Source of the DNA: Candidatus Bathyarchaeota archaeon
GTDB lineage: Archaea; Thermoproteota; Bathyarchaeia; TCS64
Length of the DNA: 64,000 bases
Direction: 5' to 3'
Assembly (NCBI GenBank): GCA_043826455.1
Contig: JBDRQD010000015.1
Location: 64,001 to 128,000 of the forward strand
Positions 46,785-57,195 of this stretch are shown here, piece by piece. Numbering within the stretch: position 1 is the first letter of the stretch; every line of letters starts with the position of its first letter. Position numbers and translations under genes: made by a program. The notes under the pieces were generated by a model that saw only the letters and a list, made by a program, of their open reading frames with translations, was not told the DNA's origin and made no database searches.

Positions 46785-49274
46785 ATGTCATCGAAAGGTG
46801 TTCTGTCACCCCACGAGCATCTCGGGTACCATGTCGGTACTGACAAGAAGCTGGCCGACTGGCCCGAGATCGTGGAGTACTTCATGAAGGTGGCTGAGTC
46901 CTCCCCCCGGGTCATTGTGGAGGAGGCAGGTAAGACCACGGAGGGAAACCCCTTCATCTACGCCACCGTGTCGTCCCCTGAGAACCTGGGGCGCCTGGAG
47001 GAGCTCAGACAGGTACAGCTCAGGCTGAGCAACCCAGAGGGGCTCACCGACGCAGAGGCCGCGGAGCTGGTGGAGAAGGGCAAGACGGTGGCTCTCATCA
47101 CCTGCAGCATCCACAGCACCGAGGTAGGGGGCAGCCAGATGAGCATGGAGCTCCTACACAGGCTGGCCACGGAGGACAGCCCCGAGGTAGCGGAGGTCCT
47201 GGAGAACGTCATATTCCTCTTCGTCCCCAGCCTGAACCCCGACGGCAACAGGCTGGTGGTGAACTGGTACAGGAGGTACCTGGACACCGAGCACGAGGGC
47301 ACCAATCCGCCTATGGTGTACCACAAGTATGCGGGTCACGACAACAACCGGGACTGGTACATGTTCACGCTGAAGGAGACGCAGCTCACCGTTGAGCACA
47401 TCCATAACAGGTGGCACCCCCAGATAGTGTACGACATCCACCAGATGGGCAGCAAGGGCCCCCGGTACTATGTGCCTCCCTTCACGGACCCCTACGAGCC
47501 CAACGTGGACCCAATCCTGACAAGCGGCGTCAACCTCATGGGCATCAGCATGGCTGACGCCCTGGCACGAGAAGGTAAGAGGGGTGTGGCCACCAACTGG
47601 GTGTTCGACGCCTGGACCCCGGCCCGCGCCTACCAGCACTACCATGGCGGCATAAGGATACTGAGTGAGGCCGCCAGCGTCAAGATCGCGACGCCCATAG
47701 AGATCAAGCCCGAGGAGCTGAAGCCGGAGAGGGGCTTCAACCCCAAGGAGGCCCGGTGGAACCACCCGCTCCCCTGGAAGGGGGGCAGATGGACCCTCAG
47801 AGACATCATCGAGTACGAGCTCACCTCGGCTTGGGCCTGCCTCCAGACCGCCGCCAAGTTCAGGAAGCGGTGGCTCAGGGGCACCCTGGACATGGGCAGG
47901 AGGGCCCTCAGCCCCGGGGGCGGCCCCTACGCCTTCGTGGTCTCGGCGAACCAGCGGGACCCAGGGGCCACGGCTGAGCTCCTGTGGGTCATGAGGATGG
48001 GGGACGTGGCCGTGCAAAGGGCCAGGGCGCCCTTCACGGCCGACGGCGTGGAGTACTCAGAGGGTAGCCACGTCATCCTGTACGCCCAGCCCTACGGGTG
48101 CTTCGCCAAGGCTCTCTTGGAGAAGCAGGTGTACCCGGACCTCAGGGACAGCCCCGAGATGCCGCCCGTGGTGCCCTACGACGTGACGGCCCACACCCTG
48201 AGCCTACAGATGGGTGTAGACGTCACCCAGGTGAACACCGCCTTCGAGGCGGACCTGGAGCCCGTGGACACGCCCGTGGTCCCCCCCGGCGAAGTACTCG
48301 GGAAGGGCCCCTACTACGTGTGGAGCCCGGTGCCCAACGCCGGATTCAAGGCGGCCAACAGGCTGCTGGCCGAGGGTTACAGCGTCAGCAGGAGCCTGGA
48401 CGAGGTGGAGCTGGACGACGTGGCGCTGAAGCCGGGGTCCTTCATCGTGGAGTCAGGTAAGGGCTTGGAGAAGCTGCTGGCAGAGATGGCCTCGGATCTG
48501 GGCCTGGACTTCCATGGCGTGGACAGGCCGCTCCCGGACACCTTCGAGCTGAGGAGGCCCCGGGTGGGCGTCTACCGTGCCTGGCTGCCCAACGCCGACG
48601 AGGGCTGGCTCAGGATGGTGCTGGAGGAGTACGGGTTCGAGTACGTGAACCTGTACCCTGAGGACGTGCGCACCGGCGGCTTATCCGATAAGGTGGATGT
48701 GCTGGTGTTCCCGGACCTAACCAGGGACATCGTGGTGGATGGGATGAAGGGGTACAGGGGCGCCGACCCCAAGACCTACGAGGAGAGGTACCGCCGGGGC
48801 GTCGAGGAGCAGGGCAACAAGGAGGTGCTCAGGTTCCTGGATGCCGGTGGCACCGTCATCACCCTGAACCGTGCCTGCGAGTACGCTGTGAAGGACCTGT
48901 ACGCCGGGGCCGAGCTGCCCCTCGCCGGCCTGGGCGAGAAAGAGTTCTACTGCCCGGGCAGCCTTCTCCGGGTGCTGGTGGACGACAGCCACCCTATCGG
49001 ATACGGGTACAGCCGCGAGGAGACCATAATGTTCCAGGACAGCCCAGCCTTCAACGTGAAGGAGGGCGTCGCCGTGGCGTGGTACCCTGAGACCGACCCC
49101 ACGGTGAGTGGGTGGCTGCTGGGGGAGAAGCATCTGCGGGGCAGGGCGGCGGTGGCGGAGATACCGGCGGGTAACGGCACCATCATCCTCATCGGGTGCT
49201 CGCCCCACTTCAGGAACCAGAATAGGGCCACATTCAAGCTGCTGTTCAACAGCATCTACTACGGGGTGGCATAG
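46785..49274 (+). CDS. M14-family zinc carboxypeptidase with a C-terminal GATase/DJ-1-like domain
   Basis: IHSTE (HxxE), NPDG, DNNRD and DIHQM motifs. Confidence 0.88.
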   Translation: MSSKGVLSPHEHLGYHVGTDKKLADWPEIVEYFMKVAESSPRVIVEEAGKTTEGNPFIYATVSSPENLGRLEELRQVQLRLSNPEGLTDAEAAELVEKGKTVALITCSIHSTEVGGSQMSMELLHRLATEDSPEVAEVLENVIFLFVPSLNPDGNRLVVNWYRRYLDTEHEGTNPPMVYHKYAGHDNNRDWYMFTLKETQLTVEHIHNRWHPQIVYDIHQMGSKGPRYYVPPFTDPYEPNVDPILTSGVNLMGISMADALAREGKRGVATNWVFDAWTPARAYQHYHGGIRILSEAASVKIATPIEIKPEELKPERGFNPKEARWNHPLPWKGGRWTLRDIIEYELTSAWACLQTAAKFRKRWLRGTLDMGRRALSPGGGPYAFVVSANQRDPGATAELLWVMRMGDVAVQRARAPFTADGVEYSEGSHVILYAQPYGCFAKALLEKQVYPDLRDSPEMPPVVPYDVTAHTLSLQMGVDVTQVNTAFEADLEPVDTPVVPPGEVLGKGPYYVWSPVPNAGFKAANRLLAEGYSVSRSLDEVELDDVALKPGSFIVESGKGLEKLLAEMASDLGLDFHGVDRPLPDTFELRRPRVGVYRAWLPNADEGWLRMVLEEYGFEYVNLYPEDVRTGGLSDKVDVLVFPDLTRDIVVDGMKGYRGADPKTYEERYRRGVEEQGNKEVLRFLDAGGTVITLNRACEYAVKDLYAGAELPLAGLGEKEFYCPGSLLRVLVDDSHPIGYGYSREETIMFQDSPAFNVKEGVAVAWYPETDPTVSGWLLGEKHLRGRAAVAEIPAGNGTIILIGCSPHFRNQNRATFKLLFNSIYYGVA

Positions 49275-49279
49275 TCCCA

Positions 49280-49630
49280 CTATTTCTTGCCGTAGGGGGT
49301 GGGGTACTCCCCCTGCTTCACCTTTATGCGTTCTACCTTGAAGACGACGGGGCGCTCCGAGTCCGGGCAGCTGAAGTACTTTATCTTGTCCATGTAGTCC
49401 CAGGGCTCGGTGACCTCTCGCTCCATGGCTGAGGTGAGGGGCAGTATGGCTGAGAAGGCGGCCAGGCAGACGCTGTCCGTCTCATCTAGGACCAGCCGGC
49501 CCGGGTTGCCCACTATGGTCATCCTGTCCCCGACCCTGTACATCTTGCATGGGCCAGTTACGTGGGTGGGCTCGCCGTCCAGGCTCCGTGGCTCCTGGAC
49601 ATCAACGACGGTGAAGACGACCTTGTACAT
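49280..49630 (-). CDS. TIGR04076-like small Cys-containing protein
   Basis: GPC..Y.VGD, VC..A and SCPD...VVFKVERI motifs. Confidence 0.7.
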   Translation of the reverse strand: MYKVVFTVVDVQEPRSLDGEPTHVTGPCKMYRVGDRMTIVGNPGRLVLDETDSVCLAAFSAILPLTSAMEREVTEPWDYMDKIKYFSCPDSERPVVFKVERIKVKQGEYPTPYGKK

Positions 49631-49764
49631 GGGGGATATTTCGCGGTGGCTGGATAAAAGGTCTAGCGGGTGTTAGGTCTGTTCTACTGTAGTCTATCTG
49701 TCTTTTTTTTGGGAGTATCAGTGTCTGCCGCTCTTCGTGGTACTGTGGCTGTACCTTGGGTGAA

Positions 49765-49776
49765 AAAAATTTGGGG
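49765..49776 (-). terminator. C-run/T-run terminator candidate
   Basis: CCCCAAATTTTTTT directly after the aminotransferase stop. Confidence 0.5.
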
Positions 49777-51150
49777 TTATAGGTCGAACTTGATCAGGGT
49801 CTCGGTGAGGGTCTGCTCCAGCAGTGTCAGCCCCTCGTCGATCTGCTCCTTAGTGATGACCAGGGCCGGCATCATCCTCAGGATGCTGGTGTTCCAGCTG
49901 CTACCCACGATGAGGCCGTTCTTCTTAATCTTCTCCGTGAAGTACTGCATGGGGTTCTTCTCCGGATCCTTCTTGTCCTCCGGCGACAGCTCCTTGGGGG
50001 TGAGGCTCTCCTTGGTGTCCCTGTCCTTCACCAGCTCGACGCCCATGAAGAGGCCTAGGCCGCGGACGTCGCCAATGATGGGCACCCGCTCCATCATGCC
50101 GCGGAGCTCCCCCATCATGTATGCACCCATCTTGGCTGCCCTCTCTGCGAGTTTCTCCTTCTCATAGAGGTCGATGACGGCGAGGGCCGTGGCGCAGCTC
50201 ACCGCGTGTCCGCTGTAGGTGTAGCTGTGGGGGAACCCCTTCTCGTCGAAGTGGTCGGCCATCTTCTTGTTGATGATGCACGCGCCAAGGGGCACGTAGC
50301 CGCAGGTGATGCCCTTGGCGTAGGTCTCCACGTCGGGGACCACGCCCCAGTGCTCCGCGGCGAACATCTTGCCTGTGCGGGCGAAGCCCGTCATCACCTC
50401 GTCGAAGATCAGGAGCACACCCTTCTCGTCGCATATCTCCCGTATCCGCTTCCAGTAACCGTCTGGGGGCACCACCTGGCCCGCCCAGCTGCATATGGGC
50501 TCGGCCATGAAGGCCGCGACGGTGTTCTCACCCTCCTTCTCTATGGTGTACTTGAGGAACTCGGCGCAGAGGAGCTCGCACTCGGGGTACGTCTTCTTGT
50601 AGGGGCACCTGTAGCAGTAGGGGCTGGGTATGTGCTTGAACTCCTCGAAGATGCTGAGGCCCTTGAACTGGCGGTTACGTGCGGAGCCTCCTACGCTCAC
50701 CATGGCGTAGGTTGAGCCGTGGTACGCGTCCCAGAACCCTATGATCTTGGGGGCCTCCCTGTAAAGCTGAGCGAGCTTAATGGCCACCTCATTCGCTTCC
50801 GTCCCGCTGTTGCCGAAGAAGGTCTGGCACAGGTCACCCGGCGTGATCTGGGCCAGCTTCTTGGCCAGCCTGATCTGGGGCTCGTTGAAGTAGCTGGGGG
50901 ACGCGTAGGCCAGCTCGTCCAGCTGCTTCTTCGCTGCCTCTATGGGCACCCTGTTGCCCATGCCTATGTGGACGTTGTAGAGCTGGCTCATGAAGTCCAG
51001 GTACTTCATGCCGGCCGCGTCCCACATATATACGCCCTCCCCCTTGACCATCACCAGGGGCTTGTGTACGGTGGGTTCCCACCGCTGCACCAGGTAGGTC
51101 GAGGCGTCCTCCTGGAGCTGCTTGTCCTTCTTTTCTGAGAACTTAGTCAT
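49777..51150 (-). CDS. Class III (omega-amino acid) aminotransferase
   Basis: [25 protein letters not shown] and AKG (PLP Lys) motifs. Confidence 0.93.
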   Translation of the reverse strand: MTKFSEKKDKQLQEDASTYLVQRWEPTVHKPLVMVKGEGVYMWDAAGMKYLDFMSQLYNVHIGMGNRVPIEAAKKQLDELAYASPSYFNEPQIRLAKKLAQITPGDLCQTFFGNSGTEANEVAIKLAQLYREAPKIIGFWDAYHGSTYAMVSVGGSARNRQFKGLSIFEEFKHIPSPYCYRCPYKKTYPECELLCAEFLKYTIEKEGENTVAAFMAEPICSWAGQVVPPDGYWKRIREICDEKGVLLIFDEVMTGFARTGKMFAAEHWGVVPDVETYAKGITCGYVPLGACIINKKMADHFDEKGFPHSYTYSGHAVSCATALAVIDLYEKEKLAERAAKMGAYMMGELRGMMERVPIIGDVRGLGLFMGVELVKDRDTKESLTPKELSPEDKKDPEKNPMQYFTEKIKKNGLIVGSSWNTSILRMMPALVITKEQIDEGLTLLEQTLTETLIKFDL

Positions 51151-51214
51151 AGAACCACGGTTCTACTCAGCTTCTTTTCACCTAAATCATTAGTGGTTGG
51201 AGACGGTTGAGGGG

Positions 51215-52471
51215 TCAGGCGCCCCGTCTGTCCACCTCCACGGCGCCCTCCTTGACCACCACCTTGACGGCGTTTAGGTCCTGGAGCACCCTGATTTTCT
51301 CCAAGGGGTTGCCGTCAACAACTATCATGTCCGCGACCTTGCCCTTCTCCAGGGTGCCCAGCCTGTGGAGCTTACCCAGGGCGTCGGCCGCGTTTCTCGT
51401 GGCCAGGAGCAGCGCCTCGGCCGGCGTCATGCCCAGCTTCGTGACGTATTGCTCCAGCTCCCAGCTGTTGGCGCCGGGCGGGAACACGTGGCCGCAGTCG
51501 GTGCCCATGGCCATCTTTACGCCGGCCTCCATGGCGGCCTTCTGGCTCTCTAGGTGACGCTCGTCGAAGGGTCTGCCGCCCAGCTTCTTGGGGAGGTACT
51601 GGGTCGGTAGTCCCATGACCTCTGACCGGTAGTAGCTGGGGGCCAGGGTGGGCGTAGTGTAGAGGCCCTTCCTGATGATGGTGTCGATTGTGTCGTCGTC
51701 CAGCTCGGAGGCGTGCTCTATGGTGTCGATGCCGGCCTCGGCCGCCATCCTGCACCCCACGATGCCCTCCGTATGGCTGGCAACCTTCAGTCCGAAGCTG
51801 TGAGCCTCATCCACTATGACCTCCAGCTCCTCCGGCGTATAGTTCCTGTAGTTGGGGTCATTGGTGGGCCCACCCGCCATTCCGCCGGTGGTAGTGGTCT
51901 TGATCCAGTCCACCTGCTCTCTGACGCAGACGCGGGTCATCTTCCTGACCTCGTCCACGCCGTCCGCCGTGATGTGCATGTACCGGAGCGGGTGGGGCCG
52001 GATGACGTCCAGGTGGCTGGCCGTGGATGTGACTACGCCGGCCACCTCCAGCCTGCACCCCTTCACCAGGCCCTGCTCCAGGGCGGTTCTAAGCGATACA
52101 GCGTCTCTGCCCGTGTACTCGGGGAACGGGTAGACCAGGTCGCGGCACGTGGTGTACCCGGCCTCCAGCAGCTGCCTTGCGTGCTTCACCGCGTAGAGGA
52201 GCTGAAGACTCTCGGGGATCAGGTAGCGTTCATGGTAGTCGAGGGGCCCCACCATCTGGAATATGTGCACGTGGAGGTCCATGAGGCCCGGCATGATGGT
52301 CTTGCCTCTGGCGTCGATGACCTCCGCGCCTCTGGGGATGTCCACGTCCCTGGCGGGCCCGGCGTCCACGATAACCTTACCTTTCACCAGGACGGACCCG
52401 TTGGGTACCGGCTCCGAGCCGGTGCCGTCCCAGAGGAGGCCGCCCTTCACTGCTAGGAATCTCTCAGACAT
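51215..52471 (-). CDS. Metal-dependent amidohydrolase (dipeptidase/ochratoxinase-like subgroup)
   Basis: PGLMDLHVH, WIK, ASH, IEHA and GTD motifs. Confidence 0.9.
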   Translation of the reverse strand: MSERFLAVKGGLLWDGTGSEPVPNGSVLVKGKVIVDAGPARDVDIPRGAEVIDARGKTIMPGLMDLHVHIFQMVGPLDYHERYLIPESLQLLYAVKHARQLLEAGYTTCRDLVYPFPEYTGRDAVSLRTALEQGLVKGCRLEVAGVVTSTASHLDVIRPHPLRYMHITADGVDEVRKMTRVCVREQVDWIKTTTTGGMAGGPTNDPNYRNYTPEELEVIVDEAHSFGLKVASHTEGIVGCRMAAEAGIDTIEHASELDDDTIDTIIRKGLYTTPTLAPSYYRSEVMGLPTQYLPKKLGGRPFDERHLESQKAAMEAGVKMAMGTDCGHVFPPGANSWELEQYVTKLGMTPAEALLLATRNAADALGKLHRLGTLEKGKVADMIVVDGNPLEKIRVLQDLNAVKVVVKEGAVEVDRRGA

Positions 52472-52526
52472 GGTATGAACCAGCCGCGGAGCCGATATAT
52501 CGTTTCCCTCGCTGGCGCTGAGCCCT

Positions 52527-53108
52527 CTACTCGTTCAGGGGCGGCTTCCTATTGGTGAAGGCGTCTCCTATCCTGACGCCCACCGTGTGGTAGCTCCTGT
52601 CCCCTGACCCGAACACCAGGGGCCTTATCTTCTGGGTGTCAGGCGCCCCGTTGGTGAGCACGTCCTCGTCGGCCTTCACGTCCACTATCTCGCCAACGAA
52701 CATGGTGTGGAGGCCCAGGTTCACAATCTCTTTCACTCTACACTCCAGCACCAATGGGAACTCCTCCAAGTAGGGGGCGTCCACCACGGCGCTCTCCACA
52801 GCCGTTAGCCCCGTGTCAGCCACCTTGTCCGTGTCCCTGCCCGACGCCACCCCCATGTAGTCGGCCTCCCTCCAGTACTCCTCCCCTGGGACGCTCACAG
52901 TGTACGCCCCCCGCGCAACTATGCTGCCGTGGCTGTAGGTGGCCTCCCGGAGGCTCACGTAAACGCAGGGCGGCCGGGAGCAGCAGATGCCTCCCCAAGC
53001 CGCCGTCATGAAGTTGGGTCTACCATCCTTGTCGTACGTGCCCACCACCCAGACGGGGGAGGGCACAGCCAGGGTCTTGGCCCCGAGACTCGTCTTCAAA
53101 CCGATCAC
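52527..53108 (-). CDS. Flavin reductase-like (flavoredoxin) protein
   Basis: NFMTAAW, SGRDTDK and LEC...G.HTMFVGEI motifs. Confidence 0.9.
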   Translation of the reverse strand: MIGLKTSLGAKTLAVPSPVWVVGTYDKDGRPNFMTAAWGGICCSRPPCVYVSLREATYSHGSIVARGAYTVSVPGEEYWREADYMGVASGRDTDKVADTGLTAVESAVVDAPYLEEFPLVLECRVKEIVNLGLHTMFVGEIVDVKADEDVLTNGAPDTQKIRPLVFGSGDRSYHTVGVRIGDAFTNRKPPLNE

Positions 53109-53166
53109 CTACTCTTGGGCTCAGTAAGGTAAAACCCTTTTACCGGTGCACGTCAAAGGGTTCACG

Positions 53167-54051
53167 ATGTCCACCAGCCGCGTCACCATGATCGACGCCC
53201 CTTACCACGGGCGGAGAGGTGTCCTAGGCACATACCTGGTCAGGGGTGAAGAATCGGCCGTAATCGACCCCGGCCCAGCGAGCCAGACGGGCGGCGTCCT
53301 AGAGACCCTTCACAGTCTGGGGGCCTCAGCCGTCAACGTCGTCTGCCTCACCCACATCCACCTGGACCACGCCGCCGGCTCCTGGATGATCCTGGACCAG
53401 AACCCAGGGGCCTTCGTCCACTGCCACCCCAGGGGCGTCCAGCACATGGTGGACCCGAGCAAGATCAAGGCAGCCGCAGAGGAGATATTCAAGGAAGGCA
53501 TCAAGGATTACGGCGAGATCAAGGGCGTAGACTCGAACAGGGTCAGGGCGTCCACGGACGGCGAATCCCTGGACCTGGGCGGCGTGGGGCTCAGAGTGAT
53601 ATGGACCCCGGGCCACAGCACCCACAGCCAAACCTACTATGAGCCTGATGGCCGGGTTCTCTTCGTGGGCGACGCCGTGGGCCACACTCCCGGCAACCAT
53701 GGCATCTTCGTGCCCGCGAGCCCGCCCCCCTACAACCCGAGGCAGGCCGCGGAGAGCCTCGACAGGCTCCTCGGCCTCGGGGCCGAGACCCTGTGCATCA
53801 GCCACTTCGGCGTCTATCAAGACGCCGAGGAGCGGCTCCGCTCCTTCAGGGACCAGGTGCGGCTGTGGGAGAGGCTGGCCTTCAGGGCCGTGGACGAGGG
53901 CCTGGAACTCAGGGGCCTATACGGGCTGGTGGAGGCCGAGGACAGTGAGGCGGCGTCCCTGGTGGCCTCCGACCCTCAGCAGAGGAGCAGCGTCTTCCAG
54001 AGCCTGGTGGGGTTCCTCTCCTACGCCAGGTGGGAGAGGCAGCAGAGGTGA
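53167..54051 (+). CDS. MBL-fold metallo-hydrolase
   Basis: THIHLDHAAG, TPGH and GDA motifs. Confidence 0.9.
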   Translation: MSTSRVTMIDAPYHGRRGVLGTYLVRGEESAVIDPGPASQTGGVLETLHSLGASAVNVVCLTHIHLDHAAGSWMILDQNPGAFVHCHPRGVQHMVDPSKIKAAAEEIFKEGIKDYGEIKGVDSNRVRASTDGESLDLGGVGLRVIWTPGHSTHSQTYYEPDGRVLFVGDAVGHTPGNHGIFVPASPPPYNPRQAAESLDRLLGLGAETLCISHFGVYQDAEERLRSFRDQVRLWERLAFRAVDEGLELRGLYGLVEAEDSEAASLVASDPQQRSSVFQSLVGFLSYARWERQQR

Positions 54052-54141
54052 CCGGCCGCACAGTCACTCCAAGAATTCTTCAATATATACTCAGGTTATG
54101 ATCCAGGGGTAGGTTTCCAGTCTCCCTAAACCCCTTAAATC

Positions 54142-54606
54142 GTGGCCGACACTTACCCACGGGTGTCCCAGGTGCGAGTAAGACCAGGGCGCGCAGGGGC
54201 TATAGTGGTACTTGGGCTTATACTGGGTGCCATCTTCTTAATGGGGCTCATGTTCTGGACAGTCTTCAAACCCGACCTCGGCCTGGCCTACGACATAACT
54301 AACCCCAGCCAGCCCTTCACCTTCAAGGGGCCTGAGAGTGCCGAGACCGAGTCCACCGAGCCTGAGCCGGAGCTCAGCTTCAACGAGACACTGGCCGCCC
54401 TCAGGGAGGGTGGCTGCGCCTTCGTGGAGGGCGAGCCCGATAACCTGGACCCCGATAGATGCGAGTTCCTGAGCCAACAGGAGTTCTTGGAGACCGCCCT
54501 CGACAGGAAGCTGGTGTTCATGCACGAGGGCGAGGAGGCATACACCCTGTACGTGCCCGTCAAGGATGGCCACGTGGCCTGGCGGTGGCCCAGAGAACCC
54601 GCCTAA
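54142..54606 (+). CDS. Membrane-anchored hypothetical protein
   Basis: One N-terminal TM and an acidic linker. Confidence 0.6.
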   Translation: MADTYPRVSQVRVRPGRAGAIVVLGLILGAIFLMGLMFWTVFKPDLGLAYDITNPSQPFTFKGPESAETESTEPEPELSFNETLAALREGGCAFVEGEPDNLDPDRCEFLSQQEFLETALDRKLVFMHEGEEAYTLYVPVKDGHVAWRWPREPA

Positions 54607-54699
54607 GTTACGGACGTCTGAGGGACTCAGCCGCATCCTCTCGGCGTCTGCTGCCTGAAAAGTGTTAAGCCGGGCTCCGCCCATCCTTACCTGATACAT

Positions 54700-55824
54700 T
54701 TGTCAAGTTACAAGATTCTAGGCTTCATCGGCGACGGCATAGGAGCCGAGATCGTCCCCGAGGCCGTGAAGGCGCTGGACGCTGCCGGGGAGGCCTACGA
54801 CTTCGACCTGGAGCATCTAGGCCCCTACGAGTGTGGGGCCCACTACTGGGTGCGCCACCAGATGAAGAGGGGCTGGCCCGAGGAGGTGACCAAGGAGCTC
54901 TTCTACGAGGCCGACGCCATATACAAGGGCCCCACGGGCCTCCCCGACCTAGTGGGGCGGCTGCCGGGCCCCTACCTGCCCCTAAACATGAGACTGGACC
55001 TGGACCTCTACGCCAACGTGCGGCCCTGCAGGCTCAGGCCCGGCGTGGAGAGCGTCCTCAGGGGCCGCGAGCCAGGGGACATCGACTACATTGTGCTGAG
55101 GGAGAACACGGAGCACATGTACGTGGGCATCGGGGGCACCCTGAGGAGGGGCGGCGAGAAGGAGCTGGCCATCGACAACTACGTCCAGACCCGGAAGGGT
55201 TGCGAACGCATCATCAGGCTCGGCTTCATGATGGCTAGAAACGGCGACTACAAGGGCCGGCCCGGAGCCCCCAGGGACGGCAAGAGGAGGCTCACATGCG
55301 CATGCAAGTGGGGCCTCTGCAAGGGGGACGACCTGTTCAAGGAGATCTACGACGGGATGGTGTCGGAGTATCCCGACGTGGAGCCCGACAGCACCTGGAT
55401 CGACTCCTGGAGCTACTACGCCCTCATCAGGCCCGGCTTCTATGACGTGGTGGTGATGCCCAACCAGTATGGCGACATCATGAGCGACATGAGCGGCGCC
55501 GTCCAGGGCAGCCTGGGTCTGGCGGGCTCACTGAACGCCGGTGACCGCCACTGCTTCGCTGAGGCCACCCACGGCTCCGCCCCGGATATCGCCGGCAGGG
55601 GCGTCTCCAACCCCACCAGCATGATCCTCAGCGTGGGGATGATGCTCAATTGGCTGGGCGAGAAGAAGGGTGACCCCAGGCTCAAGGAGGCCTGGAGAGG
55701 CATCGACAAGGCCGTGGACAAGGTGCTGGCAGCCAGGAAGATTCGTACCCCTGACTTGGGGGGCAGCAGCAGCACCAAGCAGTTCGGAACAGCTGTCGCG
55801 GACGCTGTGAGGAAAGGAGCCTAG
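54700..55824 (+). CDS. Beta-decarboxylating dehydrogenase (isocitrate/isopropylmalate/tartrate family)
   Basis: GDGIGAEI, LYANVRP, RENTE, GDIMSD and HGSAPDIAG motifs. Confidence 0.92.
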   Translation: MSSYKILGFIGDGIGAEIVPEAVKALDAAGEAYDFDLEHLGPYECGAHYWVRHQMKRGWPEEVTKELFYEADAIYKGPTGLPDLVGRLPGPYLPLNMRLDLDLYANVRPCRLRPGVESVLRGREPGDIDYIVLRENTEHMYVGIGGTLRRGGEKELAIDNYVQTRKGCERIIRLGFMMARNGDYKGRPGAPRDGKRRLTCACKWGLCKGDDLFKEIYDGMVSEYPDVEPDSTWIDSWSYYALIRPGFYDVVVMPNQYGDIMSDMSGAVQGSLGLAGSLNAGDRHCFAEATHGSAPDIAGRGVSNPTSMILSVGMMLNWLGEKKGDPRLKEAWRGIDKAVDKVLAARKIRTPDLGGSSSTKQFGTAVADAVRKGA

Positions 55825-57107
55825 AGGAGCCTGCCCTCCTCGGCCACCAGCGCCCCCTCCTTGTAGACCGCCGTGACCCTGTCAGCCTTCTGGAGGAGAC
55901 CGATGTCCTTCAGGGGGTTGCCGTCCACGATGAGTAGGTCCGCGTACTTACCTGCTTCGAGGGTACCCGCGTTCACCCTGCAGAGCTCGGCGCAGGTCTT
56001 GGTGCCTGAGACCAGAGCCTCCATGGGGGTCATGCCGCCGTGCTTCACATATGTTTGCAGTTCCCAGGCCAGCCCAGGCACGTCCCAGTAGGTGTTGTCG
56101 GTGCCCGCAGCGATCCTGACGCCAGCGTCCTTGCACACTTTGAAGTTCTTTACCAGTCCCGGCTGCATCATCCTGAAGCTCTCCCTGGTGCCCGGCTCGG
56201 CGCCATCATAGGCCTCCATGAGGGGCTCGCAGAAGAACATGCCCAGGGTGGGGACCAGGAATTGGCCGTGCTCCGCCATGCGCCTGATGAGGTCAGGCTG
56301 CTCGATGAGGTGGGTGCCGTGCTCTATGCTGTCCACCCCCTCCTCCACGGCGAACCTGAGACCCGGCCCGTTCTTGGCGTGAGCCGCCACGGGCACACCC
56401 TTCCAGTGGGCCTCCTCAACCGCAGCCGCAATCTCCTCCCTGGTCATGCAGGTGTGCTCGGGGCCGTCCCCCGGTTTGTACCGCTTGTGGCCGGGGCCAA
56501 TGAGCTTGATGAAGTCTACCTCGTAGGTCAGGCACTCCCGGGTCTGCCTTCGGACCTCCCAGGGACCGTCTGCTCCTCTCCATCCCTGGTTCAGGATGAA
56601 GGGTGGCGCCAATGCGTTGAGGTGACCGCCCGTGGGCAGCACGCAGCCCCCCGCCACCACCCTGGGCGCGTTGAAGTAGCCTCGCTCCACGGCGGTCCTA
56701 AGCGCCACAAGCCACTCGCCCCTGAGCTCCGGGGCGTTAGCTATGGTGGGGTGAGGTATCCTCACCGTGGTGACGCCGTGGCTGAGCATCCCCTGGATAA
56801 CTTGGACCCCCTTGAGGAGGGCCAGGGCTGGGCTGTGCACCACGTTGTCGTAGTACTTCTTGAACCCTGGGTCGCTGAAGTCCCGCTCCCCCAGGGGGTG
56901 GTTGTGACCCTCAATCAAGCCTGGCATCACCGTCCTGCCGTGGGCGTCCACCACCTCCGCCCCCGACGGTATCTTCACGACGCCTTTCGGCCCCACAGCC
57001 TTGACCAGCTTCCCCTCGATCAGCACAGTGGAGTCCTCCACCGGCTCGCCGCCGGTGCCGTCCACCAGTGTGCCACCGACCACTGTCTTCAACTTCAATG
57101 AATCCAC
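55821..57107 (-). CDS. Metal-dependent amidohydrolase, paralog of 51215-52471
   Basis: PGLIEGHNH, FIK, AAH, IEHG and GTD motifs. Confidence 0.88.
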   Translation of the reverse strand: MDSLKLKTVVGGTLVDGTGGEPVEDSTVLIEGKLVKAVGPKGVVKIPSGAEVVDAHGRTVMPGLIEGHNHPLGERDFSDPGFKKYYDNVVHSPALALLKGVQVIQGMLSHGVTTVRIPHPTIANAPELRGEWLVALRTAVERGYFNAPRVVAGGCVLPTGGHLNALAPPFILNQGWRGADGPWEVRRQTRECLTYEVDFIKLIGPGHKRYKPGDGPEHTCMTREEIAAAVEEAHWKGVPVAAHAKNGPGLRFAVEEGVDSIEHGTHLIEQPDLIRRMAEHGQFLVPTLGMFFCEPLMEAYDGAEPGTRESFRMMQPGLVKNFKVCKDAGVRIAAGTDNTYWDVPGLAWELQTYVKHGGMTPMEALVSGTKTCAELCRVNAGTLEAGKYADLLIVDGNPLKDIGLLQKADRVTAVYKEGALVAEEGRLL

Positions 57108-57195
57108 GCATTAAGCCTCTTAAACCACGTATTTAGAGACTGGGGCTGCGCGCGTGAGTTAAATGCGGGGTCCCACAACATGATGCGGAGACACA

